DNA of 64,000 bases from a virus (lineage: Duplodnaviria; Heunggongvirae; Uroviricota; Caudoviricetes): IMG/VR virus record IMGVR_UViG_3300009095_001812, positions 120,990-184,989 of that record; one strand, given 5' to 3'. Position 1 is the stretch's first letter, and every line of letters begins with the position of its first letter. Under the pieces are notes generated by a model. The model saw nothing but the letters and a program-made list of their open reading frames with translations, had not been told where the DNA came from and searched no databases. Positions 55,440-63,998 of this stretch are shown here, in pieces. The position numbers and the translations under genes were made by a program.

Positions 55440-55706
55440 ATACTCTCCTCTAACAGAAGGGACTACGAGACTACGAGACAGAAAAGCCATCAAGCTGTTT
55501 TCACAGCCAAATCGCGAGTGGCTCGTAGGCACGCACTTCTGCGTGTTGTAGTCAATTTTGATTTAGCTGTAAATTGCCGTTCCCGGCTGATAAGCGGTCA
55601 GCGACCCTAGCGTTGAAACGCCTACGACACAAGACCCCTCGACACCAATTTTCACACCTGAGTAAAGAAGACCTAATGATCGCTACGAATTATACAACAT
55701 TATTAC
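55440..55706. ncRNA. GC-rich structured noncoding island (candidate ncRNA)
   Basis: About 265 nt with no ORF, and markedly more GC-rich than the surrounding AT-rich DNA. Direct repeat ACTACGAGACTACGAGAC. Several hairpins: CACGC-ACTTCT-GCGTG, GCTGA-TAAGCGG-TCAGC, GCGTT-GA-AACGC. CTCGTAG occurs as the reverse complement of the repeat unit. Confidence 0.35.
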
Positions 55707-56108
55707 ATGAAGCTTTCTTTTGAATGTTTTGATACACTTACAGATGAACTAATAACAATTAAATCTGAAAACTGGGAAACATCAGCTTACATCAAATCAA
55801 CAATGAAAAAGTACATTCGATCTGATAAAGATTTATCAAAACAATCAGTTGTACTGCTTTGGTTTGATGCGAAACACAGTGCTTCATTCGAAAAATTTCA
55901 AGACATCGGGGACTGGGTTTTTTTTACCTCAGTTCTCTTTCCAAAGACGATATCTTGCGACATGAACTTTTACCAGAGTATTGGTCGATCTTCATACTAC
56001 AAGTGTCATCGACACTTGCACGGGTCTTGGCCCTTATACGAAGAGTTGGCGGATAACTTCACGAACTTTGTTCGTCAGCTTCAAAACTCTGGATTTAGAC
56101 TTCGATAA
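55707..56108 (+). CDS. Hypothetical protein
   Basis: 133-aa ORF transcribed divergently from the SLT-like gene. Confidence 0.5.
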   Translation: MKLSFECFDTLTDELITIKSENWETSAYIKSTMKKYIRSDKDLSKQSVVLLWFDAKHSASFEKFQDIGDWVFFTSVLFPKTISCDMNFYQSIGRSSYYKCHRHLHGSWPLYEELADNFTNFVRQLQNSGFRLR

Positions 56109-56131
56109 CTTAGATGTGGTGATGTATTACG

Positions 56132-56732
56132 TCACTCATCGAGTGTCTCTGTGTATGCATCACTTAAGTCCGAACCGATGTTTTTTAATCGATCCCAAGT
56201 GAATGGCCTTGGGTTTTCACGCAATAATGATGCTCCAACCGAATCCAGCGCGATGTCGACTGGGAGGAGCGCTGTTTTGACGCTTGCACTGCCTAGTTTT
56301 TTGATTGCTCTGAAAATACTCATATTCTAAAATATCCTTTGCCTTCTCTTTCGATTCTATCTTTTTCTGTGAGTCTAATTAGTTGTTGATCAACTTCTGT
56401 CATAACTGAACTAAGACGTGCAGAAAAACCAATTGAAGATCTTGGAGCATCATGATACTGGTCTGATACGATTGAAATCAGATCAATTTGTTGACGCGAG
56501 CAGAACTGTTCAAACTTTATATCTTTCATTAGGTACTCGATAAACTGAAAGTATCAGGAATGAAATGAAGTGTCCAGCTTGATTCTAAAACCCAAAACAT
56601 TACAGATTTGTTATCCGAATCCATAAAATCAGGAAGTTGTTTTAGATGGTTTTGACACAATGAAAATATGAGCATTGGACTAATACTATCACACGGCGGT
56701 ACGTATGTCAAGCCATTTTTTATAGTGTTCAT
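56132..56732 (-). CDS. Three consecutive small hypothetical ORFs (56132..56323, 56320..56529, 56529..56732)
   Basis: 63, 69 and 67 aa, same strand, with start/stop overlaps. They sit upstream of the rfb operon. Confidence 0.35.
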
Positions 56733-57507
56733 TAGGTCCTAAAATTTCATCAGTTTTAGATGTGTCCAGAACGCTATAACTAGGGCGCAAGGCCTGCCTT
56801 GGAAATTCATTTGTAGAACAAGGCTTGATATTACAGGAAGATCCTACCTTGTGAGAAATGTCTTTTGCAAACTCAAACCACGAACAACTACCTCCATCTG
56901 TAATATGAAAAGTTCCAGTTTGTTTCAGATCGATTAGCTTCAAAGTTCGCTGGGCCAAACCAATTACATGAGTAGGGCGGCCGAACTGATCATTAACTAC
57001 ACTAATTTCATCTTGGGTATTCAAAAGGCGTAACATTGTTTGTAAAAAATTATTACCCCAAGGAGCGTAAACCCAACTTGTCCGAATCAAAAGATAATTA
57101 GCACCAGATGATTGAAGTAATTCCTCACCACGAAGTTTGGAACGCCCATAAGCATTAATGGGACTTCTTTTATCGTCAGTTTTATAAGGTGTCTCTGAAG
57201 ATCCGTCGAAAACATAATCTGTACTAAAATGTACAAACTTTGCACCAACAATAGCGCACTGTTCTGCAAGACTTCCAACTGCATCGCCATTAACGCGAGA
57301 GGCTATATCCTCTTCCTTTTCGGCATCATCAACTTTTGTATATCCTGCGCAGTTGATTACACAATCACCAACATCAATTGGTAATTTTAAATTTTCAAAC
57401 TTACACAAATCAGCTTGGGCTCGATCTAAAAATATAGATTCTTTTGGTAAGAGCTTTGTAAAAGCTTTTCCTAATTGACCACTGGATCCTAGAATAATAA
57501 ATTTCAA
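56689..57507 (-). CDS. rfbD: dTDP-4-dehydrorhamnose reductase
   Basis: 272 aa. N-terminal GxxGxxG Rossmann motif (ILGSSGQLG). Position and size fit RmlD as the last step of the operon. Confidence 0.75.
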   Translation of the reverse strand: MKFIILGSSGQLGKAFTKLLPKESIFLDRAQADLCKFENLKLPIDVGDCVINCAGYTKVDDAEKEEDIASRVNGDAVGSLAEQCAIVGAKFVHFSTDYVFDGSSETPYKTDDKRSPINAYGRSKLRGEELLQSSGANYLLIRTSWVYAPWGNNFLQTMLRLLNTQDEISVVNDQFGRPTHVIGLAQRTLKLIDLKQTGTFHITDGGSCSWFEFAKDISHKVGSSCNIKPCSTNEFPRQALRPSYSVLDTSKTDEILGPNEHYKKWLDIRTAV

Positions 57508-58052
57508 AATATTTCCTTATAAACAGGAAGATTTTTGATATCTTTCAAAAAAGGAGCTTCACTATCTTTTGAAGAAAGTAATGGATTTTCTATAGGCCAT
57601 GGAATATTTAAATCAGGGTCTCTAAATGATATACTCATTTCACAAGATTTTTCATATACATTAGTACATTTATATAAAACATGAGCACTATCACTAAGAA
57701 CACAAAACCCATGAGCAAATCCGGGCGGTACGTAAAATTGATATTTGTTTTGAGAGTTTAGTTCCGTAGCGCAATATCTACCAAATGTTGGAGATCCTAT
57801 TCGAACATCAACTGCAACATCCCAAATACATCCCGTAATAGCCATGACCAATTTTCCCTGATCATTTGGATGTTGTAAATGTAAACCACGTAAAGTTCCA
57901 TTGTATGAATATGAAAGATTATCTTGAACAAATTTTATTTCTTGAGGAAACGATCTTATAGAAAATGTTTCCGTAAAAAATCCACGATAATCAAAAATAA
58001 CACGAGGTTTAATAAGTAAAACCTCAGGTATTTCTTGTTGAACAATTTCCAT
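57504..58052 (-). CDS. rfbC: dTDP-4-dehydrorhamnose 3,5-epimerase
   Basis: 182 aa cupin. RGLHLQ and the His/Lys/Tyr catalytic pattern match RmlC. Confidence 0.75.
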   Translation of the reverse strand: MEIVQQEIPEVLLIKPRVIFDYRGFFTETFSIRSFPQEIKFVQDNLSYSYNGTLRGLHLQHPNDQGKLVMAITGCIWDVAVDVRIGSPTFGRYCATELNSQNKYQFYVPPGFAHGFCVLSDSAHVLYKCTNVYEKSCEMSISFRDPDLNIPWPIENPLLSSKDSEAPFLKDIKNLPVYKEIF

Positions 58053-58925
58053 TTATATTTCCTTTTTTAACAAAGAATTTAAATATTTTGCATAATCTGT
58101 TTTTCCTAAAGAACTTATACTCTTTCGCAGATCGGGTTCGGTTATCCATTTCGAATTGAAAGCAATTTCTTCTGGGCAAGCAATTTGCAAACCCTGCTTT
58201 TCCTGTACCGTTTGTACAAACTGAGATGCTTGTAACATTGCTTCTGGAGAACCTGTATCAAGCCAAGCAATACCCCTACCAAGTTTTACACATAACAAAG
58301 AACCATTGTTGAGATACATTCTGTTCAAATCTGTTATTTCCAATTCACCTCGGGAAGATGGCTGTAGTGTTTTAGCAAATTCAGAAACCCGATGGTCATA
58401 AAAATAAAGACCAGTAACCGCATAATTACTTTTGGGTTGCTTTGGTTTTTCTTCAAGTGATATGACTTGACCCAACTGATCAAATTCAGCAACTCCATAT
58501 ATTTCAGGAGTTGCTGTGTGATATCCAAATATTTTAGCGCCGTGAGTTAGCTTGGCCGCATTCTGTAACTCACCTTGTAAACCATGACCAAAGAAAATGT
58601 TATCACCAAGAACAAGTGAGCACGGTTCGTTATTGATAAATTTTTCACCAATGATAAATGCTTGAGCTATACCATTTGGAGATTGCTGAACTTCCTGTTG
58701 AATATTCAAACCCCACTGAGAACCATCGCCAAGAGTTTTAGAAAAAGACTCTTTATCTTCGGGTGTTGTTATAACAAGTACATCTCTAATTCCGGCAAGC
58801 ATTAGTACGCTAAGCGGATAATAAATCATAGGTTTATCATAAACAGGAATTAGTTGTTTACTAACACCTCTAGTAATTGGAAATAATCTAGATCCTGTAC
58901 CACCAGCTAATATAATTCCCTTCAT
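58053..58925 (-). CDS. rfbA: Glucose-1-phosphate thymidylyltransferase
   Basis: 290 aa. N-terminal [16 protein letters not shown] is the classic G-x-G-T-R-L nucleotidyltransferase signature. RmlA-like throughout. Confidence 0.85.
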   Translation of the reverse strand: MKGIILAGGTGSRLFPITRGVSKQLIPVYDKPMIYYPLSVLMLAGIRDVLVITTPEDKESFSKTLGDGSQWGLNIQQEVQQSPNGIAQAFIIGEKFINNEPCSLVLGDNIFFGHGLQGELQNAAKLTHGAKIFGYHTATPEIYGVAEFDQLGQVISLEEKPKQPKSNYAVTGLYFYDHRVSEFAKTLQPSSRGELEITDLNRMYLNNGSLLCVKLGRGIAWLDTGSPEAMLQASQFVQTVQEKQGLQIACPEEIAFNSKWITEPDLRKSISSLGKTDYAKYLNSLLKKEI

Positions 58926-59977
58926 TCAATACCACGCTTAGTATAGTTTTCTTCAATCCAAAATTGGTATTTGCCAGATGTAACTGAATTTACCCAATCT
59001 TGATTATCTATATACCAATCTACTGTTTTTTGTAGACCAGATTCTATTGTTTCTTGCGGGGACCAACCACACTCTTTTCTTATCTTGGTTGAGTCAATCG
59101 CATATCTTAGATCATGCCCTGGACGATCTTTTACATAAGTAATTAAAGATAAAATATCATCTTCAGACTCTCCTAGTTTTTTAGAAAGCAAAGTGCATAA
59201 AGCTTTAATAAGATTTATATTTGAACATTCATTATTACCACCTACATTGTAAGTTTCTCCAACTCTACCATTTTCATGTACAGCCCAGATAGCAGAACAA
59301 TGATCTTCAACATATAACCAATCACGTACGTTTTCACCTTTACCATAAACAGGTATTGGTTTTCTTTGTAGTACATTACTAATTACCAAAGGTATTAGTT
59401 TTTCTGGAAACTGATATGGTCCATAGTTATTTGAGCAATTAGTTATATTAACAGGAAGTCCGTATGTTTTATGATACGCTCGAACTAAATGATCACTAGA
59501 CGCTTTAGAAGCTGAATAGGGACTAGAAGGATCATATGGTGTTTTTTCTGTAAACAAACCATTCTGATCTAAAGACCCATATACTTCATCAGTACTTACG
59601 TGATGAAAGATAATTGATTTTTGTTTTCTGGATTCTTCGAGTAAATTGAATGTTCCAATTATATTGGCTTGTATGAAAGCTCCAGGTCCAAGAATACTAC
59701 GATCAACATGACTTTCTGCGGCAAAATGAAAAACAACGTCAGGTTGTACTCTTGCAAATAATGATTGAACTTCAATAGGATTTGAGATATCAACACGCGA
59801 GAATTCGTAATTTCCAAGCTTAGAAATATTTTCTAGATTTTGTAAATTAGCTGCGTATGTCAAATTATCTGCATTTACAAAATGCACTTCTTTCATTATT
59901 GGTACTGATTTTAGTAAAAAATTAGAACCAATAAATCCAGCCCCACCTGTCACTAAAATTTTCTTATCAAAATCCAT
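58922..59977 (-). CDS. rfbB: dTDP-glucose 4,6-dehydratase
   Basis: Start reassigned to [18 protein letters not shown] (ATG 59975-59977). The tracked ORF's extra N-terminus is the translated tRNA-Val. YxxxK and TGGAGFIGS are SDR motifs of RmlB. Confidence 0.85.
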   Translation of the reverse strand: MDFDKKILVTGGAGFIGSNFLLKSVPIMKEVHFVNADNLTYAANLQNLENISKLGNYEFSRVDISNPIEVQSLFARVQPDVVFHFAAESHVDRSILGPGAFIQANIIGTFNLLEESRKQKSIIFHHVSTDEVYGSLDQNGLFTEKTPYDPSSPYSASKASSDHLVRAYHKTYGLPVNITNCSNNYGPYQFPEKLIPLVISNVLQRKPIPVYGKGENVRDWLYVEDHCSAIWAVHENGRVGETYNVGGNNECSNINLIKALCTLLSKKLGESEDDILSLITYVKDRPGHDLRYAIDSTKIRKECGWSPQETIESGLQKTVDWYIDNQDWVNSVTSGKYQFWIEENYTKRGIE

Positions 59978-60051
59978 GGTGCAAGATAGAGGATTCGAAC
60001 CTCTGACCACTTCCTAGTCAAAGAAGCACTCTACCGCTGAGTTAATCTTGC
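59977..60051 (-). tRNA. tRNA-Val (anticodon GAC), 3' CCA encoded
   Basis: Perfect acceptor GCAAGAT / ATCTTGC, D-arm ACTC-AGCGGTA-GAGT, anticodon arm CTTCT-TTGACTA-GGAAG, T-arm AGAGG-TTCGAAT-CCTCT, discriminator A then CCA. The CCA overlaps the rfbB start codon. Confidence 0.8.
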
Positions 60052-60240
60052 AATTTATTTGGTATATCAAGAATTTTTATGATTTCATTGTTACGAACTG
60101 GTCTGCCAAGACTCAGATTTGTAATCTGACGATCAAATTCCATCGGCTGTGTATTCAGTGTCTTAGACCAAGTACTGGACATTGCAGTGAAGTCACATGC
60201 AAACATATCAGAAAACGTTTTTGGTCGTGCTTTAGTCATA

Positions 60241-60420
60241 TCAATGAGGTCTGTATTTTCTGAAAAACTCTTCTTGAAGTATATTACCCATTACTTGAGA
60301 CGCTTCAATTCCTAAAGGAAAAATACGATCAAGGATCTTAGGATAATCATACTTTGACTGCCCGAAGCCTAACTGTCTACAATGAAAACGAAAGAGAGAA
60401 CTGAATTTAGGATGTTTCAT
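60241..60420 (-). CDS. Small hypothetical protein (59 aa)
   Basis: ATG-initiated ORF between tRNA-Val and the PIN gene. Confidence 0.3.
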   Translation of the reverse strand: MKHPKFSSLFRFHCRQLGFGQSKYDYPKILDRIFPLGIEASQVMGNILQEEFFRKYRPH

Positions 60421-60523
60421 CTAGCTTATCACAATGGTTATCATCTGTAAAATTCACAGCGGATCACTTGTACTACACTTTCGTACAGGTGTCAAGTTCC
60501 GAGAAAATTCCAGTATGGGTGGA

Positions 60524-60973
60524 CTAGGGTAAAAATCTGTTGCAGAACTCTTCGTACCCGATGATGTCAGCAATACCAATTTTCTTTTTGTTTTTCATTC
60601 TTTTATCTTCGGTAACAACCATATCTAACTGCAACTCACTTATAGCATCAGCAATAATTGCATCTTTGTGCGCCTTACTTGATGTACGTCCATTCATATC
60701 ATCGTCATACACTAAACCATCTCCTAATTTTGCAGCGTCCAACAATGAATGATCTAGAATAAACACAGGATCATCATTGTGTTGGTAATTAAACCATCCC
60801 AGTGGGTTTGTTTGAAATTTATTCAAACCATTTGACAATTCTTCTGCAATGGTTGGAATCATGTAAATCTGAAGTTGAGTCAGTTGTTGAATATTTCCAA
60901 GATCATTTTCTATAAGATTGAAAACATTTGTATCAAACAATATTTTAGTCATCTGGATGACTTGATGAATCAT
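60524..60973 (-). CDS. PIN-domain nuclease
   Basis: 149 aa. N-terminal ILFDTNVF with the Asp of the PIN acidic quartet, and further conserved acidic residues downstream. Confidence 0.65.
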   Translation of the reverse strand: MIHQVIQMTKILFDTNVFNLIENDLGNIQQLTQLQIYMIPTIAEELSNGLNKFQTNPLGWFNYQHNDDPVFILDHSLLDAAKLGDGLVYDDDMNGRTSSKAHKDAIIADAISELQLDMVVTEDKRMKNKKKIGIADIIGYEEFCNRFLP

Positions 60974-61034
60974 CCTAATCTCGACCTATCAATATTTTGT
61001 AATCGATATTACTTGCGCAAGTAAAGGAGATTAC

Positions 61035-61604
61035 ATGGTATGTGTCATTTGTAAAGAATGCAAAAACACGTTTGATATTCATCAAGCAGAGATAAATAGA
61101 GGAAATGGTAAGTTTTGCAGTTCAAAATGCTCTGCTAAATTTTACGGTTACCTAAGGAAAAAACCAAAGACACCTAATGTAAAATGTGCTCATTGTGGTT
61201 GTGAATTTTACAAGCAACCGTCAAAAATGAAGAATTCTAAAAGCGGAATTTTCTTCTGTTGTAGAGAGCACAAAGACTTATCACAACGTATAGGCGGCAT
61301 CAAAGAAATTATGCCATCACATTATGCTAATGGTGATGGAAGGCATTATCGTAAGATTGCTCTTTCACAAAAACCTATGGAATGTGAACGTTGTGGTTAT
61401 AATAAACATCCTGCTGGGATTGTAGTTCATCATAAAGACAGAGATAGAACCAATAATTCAATCGAGAATTTAGAGGTTCTCTGCGCTATTTGTCATAATA
61501 TTGAGCACTATGACGAATCGGTGGAGGCGATGGGATTCGAACCCACAAGGTCTTCTTTGCAAGAGAAGATTGTAACCCAATTACCACCCCCAGTGGGAGC
61601 ATGA
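61035..61604 (+). CDS. HNH endonuclease with N-terminal zinc ribbons
   Basis: 189 aa. CVICKEC...CSSKCSAKF and CAHCGCEF zinc ribbons. C-terminal HNH motif HHKDRDRTNNSIENLEVLCAICHN. The C-terminus overlaps tRNA-Ala on the opposite strand. Confidence 0.7.
   Translation: MVCVICKECKNTFDIHQAEINRGNGKFCSSKCSAKFYGYLRKKPKTPNVKCAHCGCEFYKQPSKMKNSKSGIFFCCREHKDLSQRIGGIKEIMPSHYANGDGRHYRKIALSQKPMECERCGYNKHPAGIVVHHKDRDRTNNSIENLEVLCAICHNIEHYDESVEAMGFEPTRSSLQEKIVTQLPPPVGA
61522..61591 (-). tRNA. tRNA-Ala (anticodon UGC)
   Basis: Acceptor GGGGGTG / CGCCTCC with G3-U70. Perfect anticodon arm CTTCT-CTTGCAA-AGAAG, T-arm GTGGG-TTCGAAT-CCCAT, discriminator A. The D-arm is short and irregular (ATTG-GGTTA-CAAT). Confidence 0.7.
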
Positions 61605-61631
61605 TCCCAATTTCAACAATGCCCCATATTA

Positions 61632-61895
61632 TCAACCAGTAGCCCAGACATGCACATCTACAGCGCCTGTACCTCTAAACCACATAGTTGATTCGTTCCT
61701 ATTCTGAAATTGAAAGATTTGATTTGCAGATATTCTACCATGAACAGTAGATCCATCAAAAGAGTATTCTATATTCGTTCCAGAGGTGCAAACAAACATA
61801 AAACCCATAGGGTTTCTAATTGGTACAATTACATCTGCTGTAGTTGTAAACGCCGCTGATACTGTAACTGATTTAAAATGGGATCGATTACTCAT
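61632..61895 (-). CDS. Hypothetical beta-rich protein
   Basis: 87-aa ORF. Confidence 0.45.
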   Translation of the reverse strand: MSNRSHFKSVTVSAAFTTTADVIVPIRNPMGFMFVCTSGTNIEYSFDGSTVHGRISANQIFQFQNRNESTMWFRGTGAVDVHVWATG

Positions 61896-61916
61896 ACATC
61901 TCCTGATGTATGTATA

Positions 61917-62603
61917 TCATTGTATTGACAGTTTGGCTGTTTTTCTTGTGGTGTAAGAAGTATAAGATTTAAAAAGCTTAATGAAAGGTATTTGAGTTTT
62001 TACAACCCGCTCAACATTTTCAATTGATTCTTGAATAGACTCACATAAACCAGTTGACATATAAGCCTGAGTCTCGTCATCCAAAACACTTTCAGCATAT
62101 CCCATATTTACCAAAGCTTCTTTTATTGAAGTTATTAAGTCTTGAGGGGTTTTGTCAATTAACTCCAGAGCTTTGGTTTTATATTCATCATTTGTATAGA
62201 ATAAACCGTGAGCTATCTCATGAGATATTGCGGATGAATGACATTCCGAAGTTCCAATAATATATGCCTTAGGAGCATAAGTAAGTGCTTTCTTTGCTAT
62301 GATATGAAGAAAACGATCATAATCGTTCATATCAGTAATTCCTGCATGACACTGAAGTATTACTTCTGCTGGTATATTAAAACCGCCCCAGTCATCAAAG
62401 TACGAAAAAATATCTTTTCCATCTTCATCTGGCCTTCCCTCTTTAATGTACCACATGATGAAGTCCATAAGCTGAAATGACTTACCCTGGAATTTGGGTG
62501 ATTCATAAAACTCCTGAGCCCTAAGAAAGTGAGCTGTTAGTTCAATTTTGTCTTTGAACTCTAAATGGAAAATACCTGGATGAATTTGTGAAAATTTAAA
62601 CAT
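61917..62603 (-). CDS. Putative zinc metallopeptidase (HExxH)
   Basis: 228 aa containing HEIAHGLFY plus a downstream Glu. SprT/Wss1-like or M-family zincin candidate. Confidence 0.5.
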   Translation of the reverse strand: MFKFSQIHPGIFHLEFKDKIELTAHFLRAQEFYESPKFQGKSFQLMDFIMWYIKEGRPDEDGKDIFSYFDDWGGFNIPAEVILQCHAGITDMNDYDRFLHIIAKKALTYAPKAYIIGTSECHSSAISHEIAHGLFYTNDEYKTKALELIDKTPQDLITSIKEALVNMGYAESVLDDETQAYMSTGLCESIQESIENVERVVKTQIPFIKLFKSYTSYTTRKTAKLSIQ

Positions 62604-62614
62604 AAATTCTTAGC

Positions 62615-62682
62615 AGTTCTGGAGGGATTCGAACCCTACACGTTCGAAGCGTGCTGCACTAATCCGCCGTGCTACAGAACCA
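62615..62682 (-). tRNA. Noncanonical 68-nt tRNA-like gene (anticodon UCG, Arg-like) lacking a variable region; possible pseudogene
   Basis: Acceptor GGTTCTG / CAGAACT (G1-U72). D-arm GCAC-GGCGGATTA-GTGC, anticodon arm GCACG-CTTCGAA-CGTGT, then directly AGGG-TTCGAAT-CCCT. No nucleotides are left for positions 44-48. Confidence 0.4.
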
Positions 62683-62688
62683 TATAGC

Positions 62689-62763
62689 AGTCCCAGAAGG
62701 ATTCGAACCTTCATAAACCCAGCTTCGTAGACTGGTGCATTATCCAGTTATGCTATGGGACTA
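62689..62763 (-). tRNA. tRNA-Arg (anticodon ACG)
   Basis: Perfect acceptor AGTCCCA / TGGGACT, D-arm GCAT-AACTGGATA-ATGC, anticodon arm CCAGT-CTACGAA-GCTGG, T-arm GAAGG-TTCGAAT-CCTTC, discriminator G. Confidence 0.85.
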
Positions 62764-62767
62764 AAAT

Positions 62768-62921
62768 AGTAACGAAAAAAGTTGAGACCTCACGCTCCTC
62801 TGCTCTGCCAACTGAGCTACCTTCCCATGAACTGAACCCTAAGGTCCCGGTGGGAAGAGTTAGATTCGAACTAACGACACAAGGTTTTCAATTGATGAAT
62901 GATCTCTAGGCGCGTTACTAA
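62768..62921 (-). ncRNA. Permuted/split tRNA-like cassette 2: tRNA 3' half upstream of its matching 5' half, enclosed by a conserved leader/trailer
   Basis: Read 5' to 3' on the minus strand. Leader outer TAGTAACG (revcomp of 62914-62921). Motif CGCC-TAGAGATCATTCATC, then AATTGAAA-ACCTT-GTGTC. T-arm GTTAG-TTCGAAT-CTAAC (62860-62876), acceptor 3' strand TCTTCCC (62853-62859), discriminator A, CC. Linker GGGACCTTAGGGTTCAGTTCAT. Acceptor 5' strand GGGAAGG (62821-62827, pairs with TCTTCCC), TA, D-arm GCTC-AGTTGGCA-GAGC, A, GAGGA, GCGTGA. Trailer: GGTCTC-AAC-TTTTTT-CGTTACTA (62768-62790). Leader GAGATC pairs with trailer GGTCTC, and TAGTAACG pairs with CGTTACTA. Confidence 0.5.
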
Positions 62922-63052
62922 AACATTTAGTAATTCTTGGAATTTTTCTCGACATCAGATTACATACCAGAACTAATTGATTGTATACCTGTATTCTTTG
63001 ATGCAAAATCAGCTATCAAATTTTCCAATCGAATTATTTGCGGCTCCAGGGA

Positions 63053-63736
63053 TCAAGTTATAACAACTATACCAAATCCCTTCTTTAGCCTTTTACGGAC
63101 AGCGTTGTCGGAGACGCCAAATCTTTTACCAGTTCCAACAAATCCTAAAGTATCTATAAGGATTTTTAATTCATCATAGGGTGGCCATTGGATTTTGCAA
63201 AAAGAGTCATCTTCTATAGAGCATTTTTTGCATTTATCTGCGTGGCCACCGATAATTTTATTGCATTTGGAACAATGATTTTGGGGACGCTGTCTCAATG
63301 CCCCTCTTGAATATGTAGGGGTTATTGAATGACAATTGGGACAAAGCAATCTAAGATTTTCTATCCTGTTGTCATAATGGTCACCATTGATATGATCAAG
63401 GTGCAACGACAATTTTTGACCACGCCAGTGCGTATTACCACACTCTTTACACTCATCTATAATAATGTTAGATTCTATCAATCTTCTCTTTAATGATGAA
63501 GAGCTGTAATCAACATCATTCTTTAGAACTTCATCTAAAGTTTTGGGCGGTGTCCTTTTGAATTTTTTACGATGAAGATGGGATGTATCTAATCTAAGTT
63601 CATCTATTCTTCTTTTGACGCTATACCTATTTCCAGCAAATGGTTTTAAACCCAACCTCTCTACGATTTCGGTTATGGTATTGGAGTCTCTGGTAGCTGT
63701 TTCTAATTCAGTATCAGACCATTTTCGTTTACGCAT
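63053..63736 (-). CDS. HNH endonuclease with an N-terminal DNA-binding (HTH-like) region
   Basis: 227 aa. Same architecture as the intron-encoded HNH. ECGNTHWRGQKLSLHLDHINGDHYDNRIENLRLLCPNCH, and N-terminal ITEIVERLGLK resembles the other copy's IRQVLFKLELK. Confidence 0.8.
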   Translation of the reverse strand: MRKRKWSDTELETATRDSNTITEIVERLGLKPFAGNRYSVKRRIDELRLDTSHLHRKKFKRTPPKTLDEVLKNDVDYSSSSLKRRLIESNIIIDECKECGNTHWRGQKLSLHLDHINGDHYDNRIENLRLLCPNCHSITPTYSRGALRQRPQNHCSKCNKIIGGHADKCKKCSIEDDSFCKIQWPPYDELKILIDTLGFVGTGKRFGVSDNAVRKRLKKGFGIVVIT

Positions 63737-63779
63737 TCGAACCTCATAATAAATGTTCGAATATGCATAGGTTCGAGGG

Positions 63780-63851
63780 CGATTCCGACGAGAGTTGAAC
63801 TCGCATAAACTTCCGTGACAAGGAAGTGCTCTACCGTTAAGCTACAGAATC
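63780..63851 (-). tRNA. tRNA-Asp (anticodon GUC)
   Basis: Acceptor GATTCTG / CGGAATC, D-arm GCTT-AACGGTA-GAGC, anticodon arm CTTCC-TTGTCAC-GGAAG, T-arm GCGAG-TTCAACT-CTCGT, discriminator G. Confidence 0.8.
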
Positions 63852-63920
63852 AAGTGTGGATGATTTAGAGATTTCAATCTCCTAAGCTCATTCACAAAGC
63901 TTTTAGGAAGATTGATATCT

Positions 63921-63998
63921 TCCTAAAATAGTACAACGAAAATTGCGCAGACCCTTTGCTCTACCGCTGAGCTATTCGGCCATAAATGCGGCCGAAAT
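63921..63998 (-). ncRNA. Permuted/split tRNA-like cassette 3, truncated by the window edge (5' half and trailer visible)
   Basis: Acceptor 3' strand TTCGGCC (revcomp of 63988-63994), discriminator G, 7-nt linker CATTTAT. Acceptor 5' strand GGCCGAA (63973-63979), TA, D-arm GCTC-AGCGGTA-GAGC, A, AAGGG. Trailer: TCTGCGCAA-TTTT-CGTTGTACTA-TTTTAG (63921-63949). The T-arm and leader should lie beyond position 63998. Confidence 0.4.

Noticed and set aside
58922-60239. N-terminal extensions of ORFs that read through tRNA genes (58922..60010 through tRNA-Val, 60042..60239, 52521..52838 through tRNA-Cys, 26171..26497 through tRNA-Met, 38681..39079 across the tRNA-Leu 5' exon)
   Set aside because: Peptides such as GSNPT/SNPL are simply translated T-loops. 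Starts were moved to the first Met after the tRNA, or the ORF was dropped.
62768-62921. Simple reading of each cassette as two unrelated adjacent tRNA genes
   Set aside because: Neither half can be completed into a colinear 70-90 nt cloverleaf from flanking sequence. At three independent loci the downstream 5' acceptor strand is the exact complement of the upstream 3' acceptor strand. Leader and trailer are conserved with compensatory changes.
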